Of a stretch of 64,000 bases of DNA, positions 47,789-56,290 are shown piece by piece. The stretch is taken from assembly GCA_043798995.1 (NCBI GenBank), contig JAZDOD010000004.1:47860-111859 (forward strand), read 5' to 3'. Each line of letters begins with the position of its first letter. The stretch's first letter is position 1. The notes below the pieces were generated by a model. It saw only the letters and a list, made by a program, of their open reading frames with translations. It had not been told where the DNA came from and ran no database searches. The stretch comes from a bacterium. Lineage in GTDB: Bacteria; Patescibacteriota; Patescibacteriia; JAACEG01; JAGUWE01. A program made the translations under genes and the position numbers.

Positions 47789-48505
47789 TTATTTCAAAAT
47801 TTCTCCATCTGTGGCGATTCGGCGATTGATAACCGGTTTGTCATCAACAATCAATCCGTCTTTAATGCTAATAATTCTTTTGGCGTGTTCAGAAGTGTAG
47901 GTTTCATGAGTGACTAAAATTATGGTCCGGCCCTGATTATTTAAATCTTGTAAAATTCTCATAATTTGAACGCCGGAGATACTGTCCAGATTACCAGTCG
48001 GTTCATCGGCAAAAATCACGGCCGGATTATTGACCAGGGCGCGGGCAATGGCCACACGCTGCTGTTCGCCGCCAGACAGCTGATTTGAAAAATAATTAGC
48101 CCGATGAGACATACCAACATCGGCTATAACTTCATAAGCGCGCTTATCTTTTTCTGATTCTGGCATTTTAGAATAAAGCAGCGGCAAACGGACATTGTCA
48201 AAAACAGTGGTGCGCGGCAATAAATTAAAAGTCTGAAAAACAAAACCAACCTTTTCATTGCGGAGCCGCGCTAATTCTTCATCCTCAACCTTAGTTGTAT
48301 CTTCGTCTTCAAGAAAATATTTTCCCGATGACGGTCGATCCAAAAAGCCTAAAATATGCATCAGGGTTGACTTGCCAGAGCCAGATGGCCCCATAATTGA
48401 AACAAACTCTTCCTGCTCAATATTAAAAGTAAGGCCGCGCAGAACTTTTGTCACGACCTCACCGGAAATATAATTCTTTTTTAAATCCTTAACACTGATT
48501 AACAT
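47789..48505 (-). CDS. ABC transporter ATP-binding protein (MacB/LolD-like)
   Basis: [30 protein letters not shown]. Confidence 0.93.
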   Translation of the reverse strand: MLISVKDLKKNYISGEVVTKVLRGLTFNIEQEEFVSIMGPSGSGKSTLMHILGFLDRPSSGKYFLEDEDTTKVEDEELARLRNEKVGFVFQTFNLLPRTTVFDNVRLPLLYSKMPESEKDKRAYEVIADVGMSHRANYFSNQLSGGEQQRVAIARALVNNPAVIFADEPTGNLDSISGVQIMRILQDLNNQGRTIILVTHETYTSEHAKRIISIKDGLIVDDKPVINRRIATDGEILK

Positions 48506-48509
48506 AGAT

Positions 48510-48582
48510 AAAGTCAAAACTCTCTGCCCGAGGCAGATCCGCCTGCCTGCGCAGGCAGGCCTTTGGCGGAAAAAGTCAAAAC
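48510..48582. repeat. double-hairpin element with a nested 20-bp palindrome, between AAAGTC heptamers
   Basis: TCTGCC-cga-GGCAGA TCCGCC-[TGCCTGCGCAGGCAGGCC]-ttt-GGCGGA. Confidence 0.82.
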
Positions 48583-48585
48583 TAT

Positions 48586-50511
48586 TTATTTGCCATTTTC
48601 AATGAAAGTCACGATTTCTTGACCTTCTTTTAAGCCATCAACGATTTCAATCAATCCGCCATCACCTTTTAAACCAGTCACTACTTTGACTTCTCTAAGT
48701 TTTTCTTTTTCTAAAATTCTCACGATTTTATCGCCATTTTTTTCAATGATTGCCTGTTGGGAAATAAAAAGTGCGTTTTCCTTGTGATTGGTTAAAATGT
48801 CCAGATTAGCGGTCATGCCTGGTTTAATATCTTCTCTTTGGTCAGTGAAACTGACTTTGATCTTGTAATAAATTACATCTTGAATTACGGTTTGAGCAGG
48901 ATTAATAAAGAAAACTTTGCCGAAAAATTCTTTTTCGTCTCCAAAAGCATCCAAAGTAAAAGTGACTTCCTGACCAACTTTTATTTTATTGATGTCTGAT
49001 TCAGAAACATCGGCTTCAATCTGAAGATCTGAGGTAATTAAACTAATAAAATTAGCATTAGCCGCAATATTTTCTCCTATTTCGCCATTGACTTTAGCAA
49101 CTACGCCGGCAACAGGGGAGGTTAATTTAGTTTTTTCTAAATTTTGTTTGGTTAAATCAAAAGAGGCTTGGGCTTGGGCAACTTGGGCTTCAAGCGCGGC
49201 AATGTCAACCGAACGAGGTTTGGCTAATTTTAAAGATAAATTGGCCTGAGCAGTATTCAAGGCCGCTATCTGAACCTGAATTGTTGCCTGAGCGGCTTTA
49301 ATTTGGTTATCTGAATCAACTTTGGTTTTAGACAAAGATTGCTCGGCTAACTCTACGCTTTTTTGCGCTGTTTCATAATCGCTTTTAGCCTTGTCATAAG
49401 AAGCCTGGTAACTGTCGGTTTTAGTCTTTTGGTCTAATTCAGCCGAAACAATTGCCTGAAAATCGCTTTGCAGATTTGATTGCTGGGTATTAATAGTTGT
49501 TCTGTCAGTATCAATGGTTGTTTTTAAAGTGCTTAAATCAGCGTCAGTAAAACCGGCAATGGTGGTTGTATTATTCAAAACAATGCGGGTTTTAATTAAA
49601 GCGTCTTCGGCTTGATTAAGCGCTGATCCCACTAATTTAGCGGTTGATTTTATTTCCTGGTTAACCGTAGTTGAATTAATCTTATTATAACTTTCATTAG
49701 CTGAATTATATTTTTCTTTGAGTAAAAGATAGGACTGATTTGCCGTGCCGACAGTAGTGAAATTCAAAGTTCCTAAAGCTGATTCAAATTTATCATTAAT
49801 ACTTTTATTATCAATGCCTAAAATATTATCAATATCTATCATCGCTACATAAATCTTGATTAAATTGGCCGCCATGGTAGTTTTGATGTCTTCATACTCA
49901 TCACTGACACTCTGGGCCGTGCTTTGAATAATGTTATCCAAGTTGGTTTTGCCACTATCTAAGGTAATTTGAGCCGTATTTAGAGCAAGTTTCGTATTTT
50001 GCAAATCTAACTCTGTTTTTTTGATATTTTCCTTGGTTAATTTAATCGTATTGTCTAAATTGGTCTGGGCCTGTTTTAGAGCAGCTTGGGCGCTGGCCAC
50101 ATTGCTTTGGGCGACTCTAATGTCTTCAGAACTGACGCCGGCTAATTTTAAATCTAAATTGGCTTGAGCTGTTTTTAAAACGGCTTCGGCCTGACTGGTC
50201 TGAAATTGCTGATCAACTGAATCCAACTGGGCCAAAAGATCGCCTTCCTTAACTATATCGCCCTCAACTTTATTTTTGGCTGATAGTTTGCCGCTAATTT
50301 GAAATGATAAATCAATTGTCGGCTTGGCCACCACTGAACCCGTAACTGAAACTGTCTGTTTTAATTCCCCTTTCGCGGTTTTGGCCGTTAAATATTTTAC
50401 CGGCGTCTTATAAAAAAATAAACGATAGCCGCCAAATAAAACTAAAACAATCACTACGGCGGCAATAACAATCCTCCTTTTTTTTCTGAAAAATCTTTTA
50501 AATAAAGTCAT
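48586..50511 (-). CDS. efflux periplasmic adaptor (MacA/HlyD family) with a long coiled coil
   Basis: N-terminal TM, lipoyl halves (G..V..GD.LA.LD; SPVAGVV), IKPGMTA, GL.EGQ.IV. Confidence 0.85.
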   Translation of the reverse strand: MTLFKRFFRKKRRIVIAAVVIVLVLFGGYRLFFYKTPVKYLTAKTAKGELKQTVSVTGSVVAKPTIDLSFQISGKLSAKNKVEGDIVKEGDLLAQLDSVDQQFQTSQAEAVLKTAQANLDLKLAGVSSEDIRVAQSNVASAQAALKQAQTNLDNTIKLTKENIKKTELDLQNTKLALNTAQITLDSGKTNLDNIIQSTAQSVSDEYEDIKTTMAANLIKIYVAMIDIDNILGIDNKSINDKFESALGTLNFTTVGTANQSYLLLKEKYNSANESYNKINSTTVNQEIKSTAKLVGSALNQAEDALIKTRIVLNNTTTIAGFTDADLSTLKTTIDTDRTTINTQQSNLQSDFQAIVSAELDQKTKTDSYQASYDKAKSDYETAQKSVELAEQSLSKTKVDSDNQIKAAQATIQVQIAALNTAQANLSLKLAKPRSVDIAALEAQVAQAQASFDLTKQNLEKTKLTSPVAGVVAKVNGEIGENIAANANFISLITSDLQIEADVSESDINKIKVGQEVTFTLDAFGDEKEFFGKVFFINPAQTVIQDVIYYKIKVSFTDQREDIKPGMTANLDILTNHKENALFISQQAIIEKNGDKIVRILEKEKLREVKVVTGLKGDGGLIEIVDGLKEGQEIVTFIENGK

Positions 50512-50572
50512 AATTCTTTTGATATTTTATACATTTATATTTATTTTAATAAAAAATGTCTGTAAAGTCAAC

Positions 50573-51004
50573 TCATTTTAAAAAGACGTAAACCCCACAC
50601 TCCACCATTTTTATCAAGATTTCTCGTTCGCGCGGGCGTTCGTCAAAATCAATCAAAACTATTCGCTGCCAGGTACCAAGTGCTAATTTGCCATCTTCAA
50701 TTGGCACGACTAAATCCGGCCCGATTAAAGCCGCTTTTAGATGAGCGGCGCCGTTGTGATCAACCCAACGTTTGTGATGATGATAATCAGCTTTTTCCGG
50801 AGCAATTTTTTCCAGCATTTCCTTCATATCTTGAATAATCCCTTCTTCATATTCCATAATTGTTAAAGCCGCAGTTGAACCAGTGACAAAAATTATCACT
50901 ATTCCTTCTTTAACTTTAACTTCTTCGACTTCACCATTCACCCTGTCGGTAATATCAATAAAATCATAATGTCCTTGGGTTTTAATTTTAATTTTTTCCA
51001 ACAT
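50573..51004 (-). CDS. yjbQ: YjbQ/UPF0047 family protein
   Basis: DIT, GSTAAL, Y.H, NGAAHLKA, LGTWQ, DFD. Confidence 0.88.
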   Translation of the reverse strand: MLEKIKIKTQGHYDFIDITDRVNGEVEEVKVKEGIVIIFVTGSTAALTIMEYEEGIIQDMKEMLEKIAPEKADYHHHKRWVDHNGAAHLKAALIGPDLVVPIEDGKLALGTWQRIVLIDFDERPREREILIKMVECGVYVFLK

Positions 51005-51050
51005 TTTATAAAATTTAAGTTTTTTAGTTTCTTACATTATAGCAAAAAGA

Positions 51051-51074
51051 AAGATGGCGTTAAAGCGCCATCTG
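51051..51074 (-). terminator. terminator hairpin
   Basis: AGATGGCG-ttaaag-CGCCATCT with an upstream A-rich run (T-rich on the minus strand). Confidence 0.6.
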
Positions 51075-51111
51075 TTTAAAAATTAACCTCTTTAAAAAAT
51101 TTTTCGTCGCT

Positions 51112-51336
51112 CTAACCTGCCTTGACTATTTCATAAACATTATATGCCTCGGCCTCAATTTTCACTTCTTCGCCGTGTTCTTCGAAAAACTTTCTTTCCA
51201 GTTGAGCAATGGCTTCATCAATAACATTACCTTTTGGTATAACGGTAATTTCTCCTTCCCAGTGATATCCTCTTATTTCTATTTCTCCTCTCTTGTAAAT
51301 ATTGAATTTTCCTTCTACTTGATAAATCTTCTCCAT
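51112..51336 (-). CDS. small hypothetical protein
   Basis: 74-aa ORF with strong SD AAGGAGGG. Confidence 0.6.
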   Translation of the reverse strand: MEKIYQVEGKFNIYKRGEIEIRGYHWEGEITVIPKGNVIDEAIAQLERKFFEEHGEEVKIEAEAYNVYEIVKAG

Positions 51337-51568
51337 TGTTTTCCCTCCTTTTGAATGAACGAATTTGTTAAGTTAACTAAACAATATAGCGCTTTTTTAG
51401 ATTTTGTCAATATTAAAATTTAATTAACTGGCGCTGCCTGCGTCGGCCGCACTGGAATTAGATTGTAACGCTTCACAAATTAATCTATTGATGTATAATA
51501 AAATGACAACAAACGCTCTTTAAAAATTTTTAGAAATAATCTCTGAAAAAATTATAAAGGAGGGAAAA

Positions 51569-52306
51569 GTGCGAAGCAATCAACTGTTTTGGAACAAAGA
51601 AAAAGAAGAATTTATTATTAAAAACTACGGGCAACTTTCGCCCAAAGAAATTGCTTTTCAGCTCAAGACCACCAGCAACAAAGTCAGATGCCGGGCAGCT
51701 TATCTAAGAAGAAAGGGCAAACCAGTTTTTAAATATCCTGGTATTAATTGGCGGGACGAGGAAATGAAAGAAAAGCTTTTGGCCGATTATGGCAGCAAAC
51801 CAACTCATCAAGTGGCTGAAAATTTTAAGACAAGCGTGGGGGCAATTTACCAAGCGATACGACGTCTTAACTCTGGTTTTAGAGGCAACGATATAAATTA
51901 TACTTTTGAAGAATTGGGAGAATTGCTAAAAAAAGACTCAAACACGATAAGAAGATGGAAAAAATATGGATTAAAAATCAGCGGCTATGCTAAAGATAGC
52001 TTGACCTATAGTTTAAGCAGAAAGAGTATAGAAAGGAAGGAAGTTCCTCAATTTTCCTGGGCATTAATTAGTTTGGTTGATTTTAAAAAATTCGTTAAAT
52101 CGCGACCGGAAGCGCTTAATCTAATAACCTTGGGTAAAGAAACAAAACATCTTTTAGAATTGACTCGTTTGAAAATCAAATGGCAGGAAAAGAAAATTAG
52201 TTGTGAGCCATGTAATATTTATTTTTGGGCAGCTCTTTATAACAATTATCCGAGATGCCCTAAATGCGGCCGAATCGTCAGCAAGTGGGCAATTGCCTAT
52301 CGCTAA
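51569..52306 (+). CDS. putative multi-HTH DNA-binding protein with a C-terminal Zn ribbon
   Basis: two W...Y....IA/VA..L/F..S/T repeats, a MerR/excisionase-like YT.EELGELL...NTIRRW segment, CEPC/CPKC; strong SD; own terminator at 52314-52344. Confidence 0.6.
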   Translation: MRSNQLFWNKEKEEFIIKNYGQLSPKEIAFQLKTTSNKVRCRAAYLRRKGKPVFKYPGINWRDEEMKEKLLADYGSKPTHQVAENFKTSVGAIYQAIRRLNSGFRGNDINYTFEELGELLKKDSNTIRRWKKYGLKISGYAKDSLTYSLSRKSIERKEVPQFSWALISLVDFKKFVKSRPEALNLITLGKETKHLLELTRLKIKWQEKKISCEPCNIYFWAALYNNYPRCPKCGRIVSKWAIAYR

Positions 52307-52483
52307 TGTTTTTAGCCTCAATATTATATTGAGGCTATTTTTTTAAAAAAATCAAAAAAAATACTTATCGAATTCTTTAATTTTATCTTTCTTTGCCAAA
52401 CTAACTCTGTCTATACTTTATCTTCAAATCTTTTCTGTCCCAATTTTACGCTTTTGTCGCCAAAAAAGCAACCCCCGCGGTCC

Positions 52484-52628
52484 TTGACAATTTGTCAGGA
52501 TTTAGTAGTATTGAAAGACGTTCTTTTCCGCTCTCTAAACCGCTTGCCCGGTTGAAGGTTTGAAAGAGGGAGCCAGCCTCCGAAACCCTCTTTTTACCAC
52601 CCCCTACACCTTCAGCCGGGCTTTTTTT
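52484..52628 (+). ncRNA. candidate standalone structured small RNA with its promoter
   Basis: TTGACA-16 bp-TAGTAT; 14-bp closing stem 52546-52559/52608-52621; inner AAAGAGGG/CCCTCTTT stem; T7 tail; no clear ORF. Confidence 0.4.
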
Positions 52629-52675
52629 ATTGTTTATTTACAAATACCCCGACTCCCAAAAATTAGCAATATACA

Positions 52676-52700
52676 AAACCCTGCTATATAGCAGGGTTTT
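52676..52700 (-). terminator. terminator hairpin
   Basis: AAAACCCTGCTAT-ATAGCAGGGTTTT. Confidence 0.65.
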
Positions 52701-52728
52701 AAAAAAACAAAAACAACCTTTATTTTTT

Positions 52729-52986
52729 CTACGACTTTAATTGAAATCCTATTTTTTCCGCTATTTGCAAAACCCATTTTTCCAGCCGGTCCACCTTATG
52801 CGCTAACATTACCATCTCCTGAAAATAAGCATCGGCTTTCTTGGCATAATTATCAACAGCACTTTGAAGATCGGAGAAATCTTGTTTTAATTCCGTTCTT
52901 AATTCTTCCAAATCTTTTTTAGTAGCTATCTCATCTCTGGTAGCAAAAACCTCAATAAGTTTTTGAATATCCTCATTAGTAAGCAT
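52729..52986 (-). CDS. hypothetical coiled-coil protein
   Basis: ATKKDL repeat-like start, heptad pattern, DRLEKWV.QIA.K.G tail. Confidence 0.7.
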   Translation of the reverse strand: MLTNEDIQKLIEVFATRDEIATKKDLEELRTELKQDFSDLQSAVDNYAKKADAYFQEMVMLAHKVDRLEKWVLQIAEKIGFQLKS

Positions 52987-53086
52987 ATATTATAATATGG
53001 CTTTAAGGTTAAGGTGATTAAATTATAATCCTTATAAAAATTATGTCAAACTTTGTAGCTAATTTCTTAAAATTGGCGTTTCAGAG

Positions 53087-53608
53087 TTAACTACTCAATG
53101 CCTCCGCAATTTTATGGCCAAATTCATGAGCGGCTGGGGGGCCATTAGCAGTAATAATTTTACCATCAACCTCAACTGATGCGCCGGTATAAATAGCACC
53201 GCCTTGAACTAAATAATTTTTAGCTCCTCCCCAGCAGGTGGCTCGCTTACCGGTTAAAATACCGGCCTTGGCTAAAATTGCCGCGGCAACACAAATCCCG
53301 GCCACCAATTTACCGGCCTGATAAAAATTTTGCGCCAGCTGAATTAATCCTTGATGCTCAACCATTTCGACCATACCCGGGCCACCGACAAAAACCACGC
53401 CATCATAATCATTAACATTAACTTCGGTTAAAGTTAAATCAATTTGAACCACTCCTTCGTCAGCGCCGTGGGCTTGGCCGATTTGAGTTGAGGCCACCCT
53501 CACCTGAACCGCGTATTCTTCTAAAGCTTTTTTGGGTTCAAAATATTCTGTATCGCGAAAATTTTCAGGCGCAATAACCATTAAAATTTTTTTGCCTGAT
53601 AAATCCAT
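53087..53608 (-). CDS. DJ-1/PfpI family protein
   Basis: FRDTEY, FVGGPG, AGIC nucleophile elbow, ITANGP. Confidence 0.9.
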   Translation of the reverse strand: MDLSGKKILMVIAPENFRDTEYFEPKKALEEYAVQVRVASTQIGQAHGADEGVVQIDLTLTEVNVNDYDGVVFVGGPGMVEMVEHQGLIQLAQNFYQAGKLVAGICVAAAILAKAGILTGKRATCWGGAKNYLVQGGAIYTGASVEVDGKIITANGPPAAHEFGHKIAEALSS

Positions 53609-53612
53609 AATA

Positions 53613-53777
53613 TTTCAAATCCTAAATTCAAAATCCTAAATCCGAAACAAATCCTCCCCCTACGGGGGATCTCCCGAAGGGAGACAAATCCAAAATTCTA
53701 AATCCCAAACTGTTTGTAATTTATGATTTTGAAATTTAGATATTGTTTAGGATTTCGTGCTTAGAATTTAGAATTTT
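53613..53777. repeat. AAATCCT-type heptamer inverted array containing a 30-bp double hairpin
   Basis: TCCCCC-tac-GGGGGA TCTCCC-gaa-GGGAGA (53655-53684), flanked by CAAATCC direct repeats. Confidence 0.82.
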
Positions 53778-53783
53778 ATTATT

Positions 53784-54176
53784 TTAATCGGCTTTGATAA
53801 AATTACAATTGGGATCAACTTCCATAAAATGATGGGCTTTACCCTCGCGAAATTCAGCGCATTGATTTTCCGGCAGATTATCAATATCTTGACGCGGATT
53901 ATGAGCAATGTCGCCCACCCAATCAAGCGCCACCACGCCCAAACAAGGGCCGGCTGATAAATCATCACCTTGGCTTAATTTCTGCCGGCAAAGAGTTTGG
54001 GTTTGGGCAATGGCAATATCCTTAACTGCTTTCTTTTCCATATTAATATAACCTAAACCGGTGGTGGCATCAACCGCTTCATTAATTGATTGGCTAATCT
54101 GACTTTCTTTTCTTTGACAACCGGCCGCCAAAAAAAACAATATTACGCAAATTAAAATTTTAATTGTTTTTTTCAT
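53784..54176 (-). CDS. putative lipoprotein
   Basis: lipobox LAAGC; conserved-looking GPCL, W..DIAH.PR, NQC, HF.E.D motifs. Confidence 0.7.
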   Translation of the reverse strand: MKKTIKILICVILFFLAAGCQRKESQISQSINEAVDATTGLGYINMEKKAVKDIAIAQTQTLCRQKLSQGDDLSAGPCLGVVALDWVGDIAHNPRQDIDNLPENQCAEFREGKAHHFMEVDPNCNFIKAD

Positions 54177-54182
54177 TAAAGC

Positions 54183-54272
54183 CTATTTCAATTTATTGAT
54201 CACAACAAAAATAAATAAAACTAAAATTCCTAAAATAAATAGTCCGGCATAGGCTTCGTTCGACATTCCCAT
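54183..54272 (-). CDS. 29-aa single-TM microprotein (not in the ORF track)
   Basis: MGMSNEAYAGLFILGILVLFIFVVINKLK; fills the gap between mltG and the lipoprotein with 6-bp spacers on each side. Confidence 0.5.
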   Translation of the reverse strand: MGMSNEAYAGLFILGILVLFIFVVINKLK

Positions 54273-54278
54273 AAATTT

Positions 54279-55289
54279 TTATTTTAAATATTCAACCTTG
54301 TTTAAATTATGTTCTTCTAAATTCTTGCTATAAATTATTTTTCCGTCTTTGGTTGAAAGAAAATACCAGTAATCGTTGGCTTTCGGATAAATCGCGGCTT
54401 TAATTGAGGAAAGGCCGGGGTTGCAAATTGCCCCCGGTGGCAGACCGCGGTATTTATAAGTATTATACAGACTGTCAATTTGGGCGTCTTCGTAACTTAT
54501 GCTGGGGGTTTTTTTGCCAGTGATATAATTGACGGTTGAATCAGCTTGGATTCCTATTCCTTTTTTAAGCCGGCGCCAAAAAATATCGGCAATCATCGCC
54601 CTATCCTCATCGCTTCCTGCCTCTTTTTCTAAGATACTAGCCATAACCACAATTTGTGAAATGCTTTTGCCTTGTTTTTTAATTTCCTCGCGAAGTTCTC
54701 TGTTAAGCTTTTGATCAAAGTTTGTGATCATCTTTTTGATAATGTCTTGGGCAGTAGCTGTTTGATAAATTCGATAAGTGTCAGGAAAAAGATAGCCCTC
54801 TAAGGTTTTGTTTTGAGAATTAATTTCTTTTAAAAAATCAAAATGAAAATCATCTGGAAGCTTGACCGCGTTTAGAAAATCTTCTTTTTTTACAATTTTT
54901 TGCTTAGCTAAGTATTCAGCTATTTCGTCAATTGTCCACCCCTCTAAAACTTTAATTGTCAATTCATTAGTTAAACTTTGACCCGAGGTTAACAAATTGA
55001 CTAAGTGGCGAATATTAACATCCCTGGGTAAAAAATGCCGGCCGGCCTTAAATTGATTTTTTTTACCAATTAGCCAAACATAATTTTCAAAAACTAACCT
55101 ACTACAAATAAAACCTTCTTTTTTTAATTTTTGGCTGATTTGATTAACGCCATCGCCTTTATCTATGATAAATTCTTTAACGCCCTTTAAACTTGGGCAA
55201 GGATTAACAACGCTGTAGAAAAAATATAAACTTATTAAAAAACAAATAACCAATAAACTTATAACAACAATAAATATTTTTTTGAGCAT
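54279..55289 (-). CDS. mltG: endolytic transglycosylase MltG
   Basis: LEGYLFPDTY, ASILEKE, QADSTV, YNTY...GLPPGAICNPG. Confidence 0.93.
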   Translation of the reverse strand: MLKKIFIVVISLLVICFLISLYFFYSVVNPCPSLKGVKEFIIDKGDGVNQISQKLKKEGFICSRLVFENYVWLIGKKNQFKAGRHFLPRDVNIRHLVNLLTSGQSLTNELTIKVLEGWTIDEIAEYLAKQKIVKKEDFLNAVKLPDDFHFDFLKEINSQNKTLEGYLFPDTYRIYQTATAQDIIKKMITNFDQKLNRELREEIKKQGKSISQIVVMASILEKEAGSDEDRAMIADIFWRRLKKGIGIQADSTVNYITGKKTPSISYEDAQIDSLYNTYKYRGLPPGAICNPGLSSIKAAIYPKANDYWYFLSTKDGKIIYSKNLEEHNLNKVEYLK

Positions 55290-55290
55290 A

Positions 55291-55908
55291 TTAAATTTCA
55301 ATTAAAGGAACAAAAGCAAAACCGGAAAATTCTTCCTGAGAAAATTTATCTTCACCCTTTCTGATAATCAAATAAATGCTATTTTGAACCGGAATTACTA
55401 AACGGCCATTGATTTTAAGCTGCTCCTTTAAAGACGCCGGAACTTTTTCGGCTGCTGCTCCTGCCAAAATTCTATCAAAAGGCGCTTCTTTTTTCAACCC
55501 CAGTGAACCATCGGCACAATTAAACTCTACTATTCCTTTTTTAATAAAATTATATTTCGCCACATTACTTTTGCCAAATTCAACTAATTCCGGAATTCTA
55601 TCAATCGCTATAACCCTACCGCCAGAACCAATAATATAAGCCAACAAAGCCGTTGTCCAGCCAGATCCAGAACCCACGTCCAAAATTTTCTGGCCCGGCT
55701 CGGCTTGGAGTAATTCCAGCATAAAAGCCACGGTCAGCGGCTGAGAAATAGTTTGATTATAGCCAATAGGTAAGGGATAATTGCCATAAGCTTCACTCAA
55801 TAAATTTTCCGGCACAAAATCCGCCCTATCAATCTGCCGAAACGCCTCAATAATCCTCGGAGTTTTTAAATAACCGGCGGCAATTAAATTGTTAATTAAT
55901 TCATTCAT
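55291..55908 (-). CDS. pcm: protein-L-isoaspartate O-methyltransferase
   Basis: R..FVP, QTISQP, LDVGSGSGW, APFDRI, FVPL. Confidence 0.93.
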   Translation of the reverse strand: MNELINNLIAAGYLKTPRIIEAFRQIDRADFVPENLLSEAYGNYPLPIGYNQTISQPLTVAFMLELLQAEPGQKILDVGSGSGWTTALLAYIIGSGGRVIAIDRIPELVEFGKSNVAKYNFIKKGIVEFNCADGSLGLKKEAPFDRILAGAAAEKVPASLKEQLKINGRLVIPVQNSIYLIIRKGEDKFSQEEFSGFAFVPLIEI

Positions 55909-55923
55909 ACTTTATTGGGCTTG

Positions 55924-56108
55924 ACCCCGTAGCAAATCCCAGCGAAGGGTTTTTACAATTTTTAACCACATTGAGGCGAAGCCCCGAACCATGCGCAAGC
56001 GCATGGTTCGGGGCGAAGCCGCGCTCCGTCGCCAAAGCTTTGAAGCGTCGGCGACCTGACGGCTTTATCTTAATTTAGCAAAAATTTTTCTTAGGATTGT
56101 TACGGGGT
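55924..56108. repeat. MITE-like element ACCCCGT...ACGGGGT with an inner 16-bp stem
   Basis: ACCCCGTAGCAAATCC / GGATTGTTACGGGGT; GCCCCGAACCATGCGC-aa-GCGCATGGTTCGGGGC. Confidence 0.78.
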
Positions 56109-56290
56109 TGATTTTTTTTCAGTTTTATGCTATAATTATATTAGAAAATGAAAAAAATTCAATGGTTTTGAATGTAAGCCAAAATAAAGTAAAATAAGCC
56201 AAAAAAACAAAAAAATCCTCTTTGCCTTCTTCGCCGGGGTAGCCAAAGCTACGAAGGCCGAACGCAAGGGTTACAAAAATAAAAACAAAA

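Noticed and set aside
52511-52628. SRP RNA, tRNA or 6S identity for the structured region
   Set aside because: It lacks the SRP helix-8 motif and a cloverleaf/TTC loop, and is short for 6S; left as unassigned.
51112-52986. Prophage or integrative element
   Set aside because: No integrase, structural genes or att-like direct repeats were seen.
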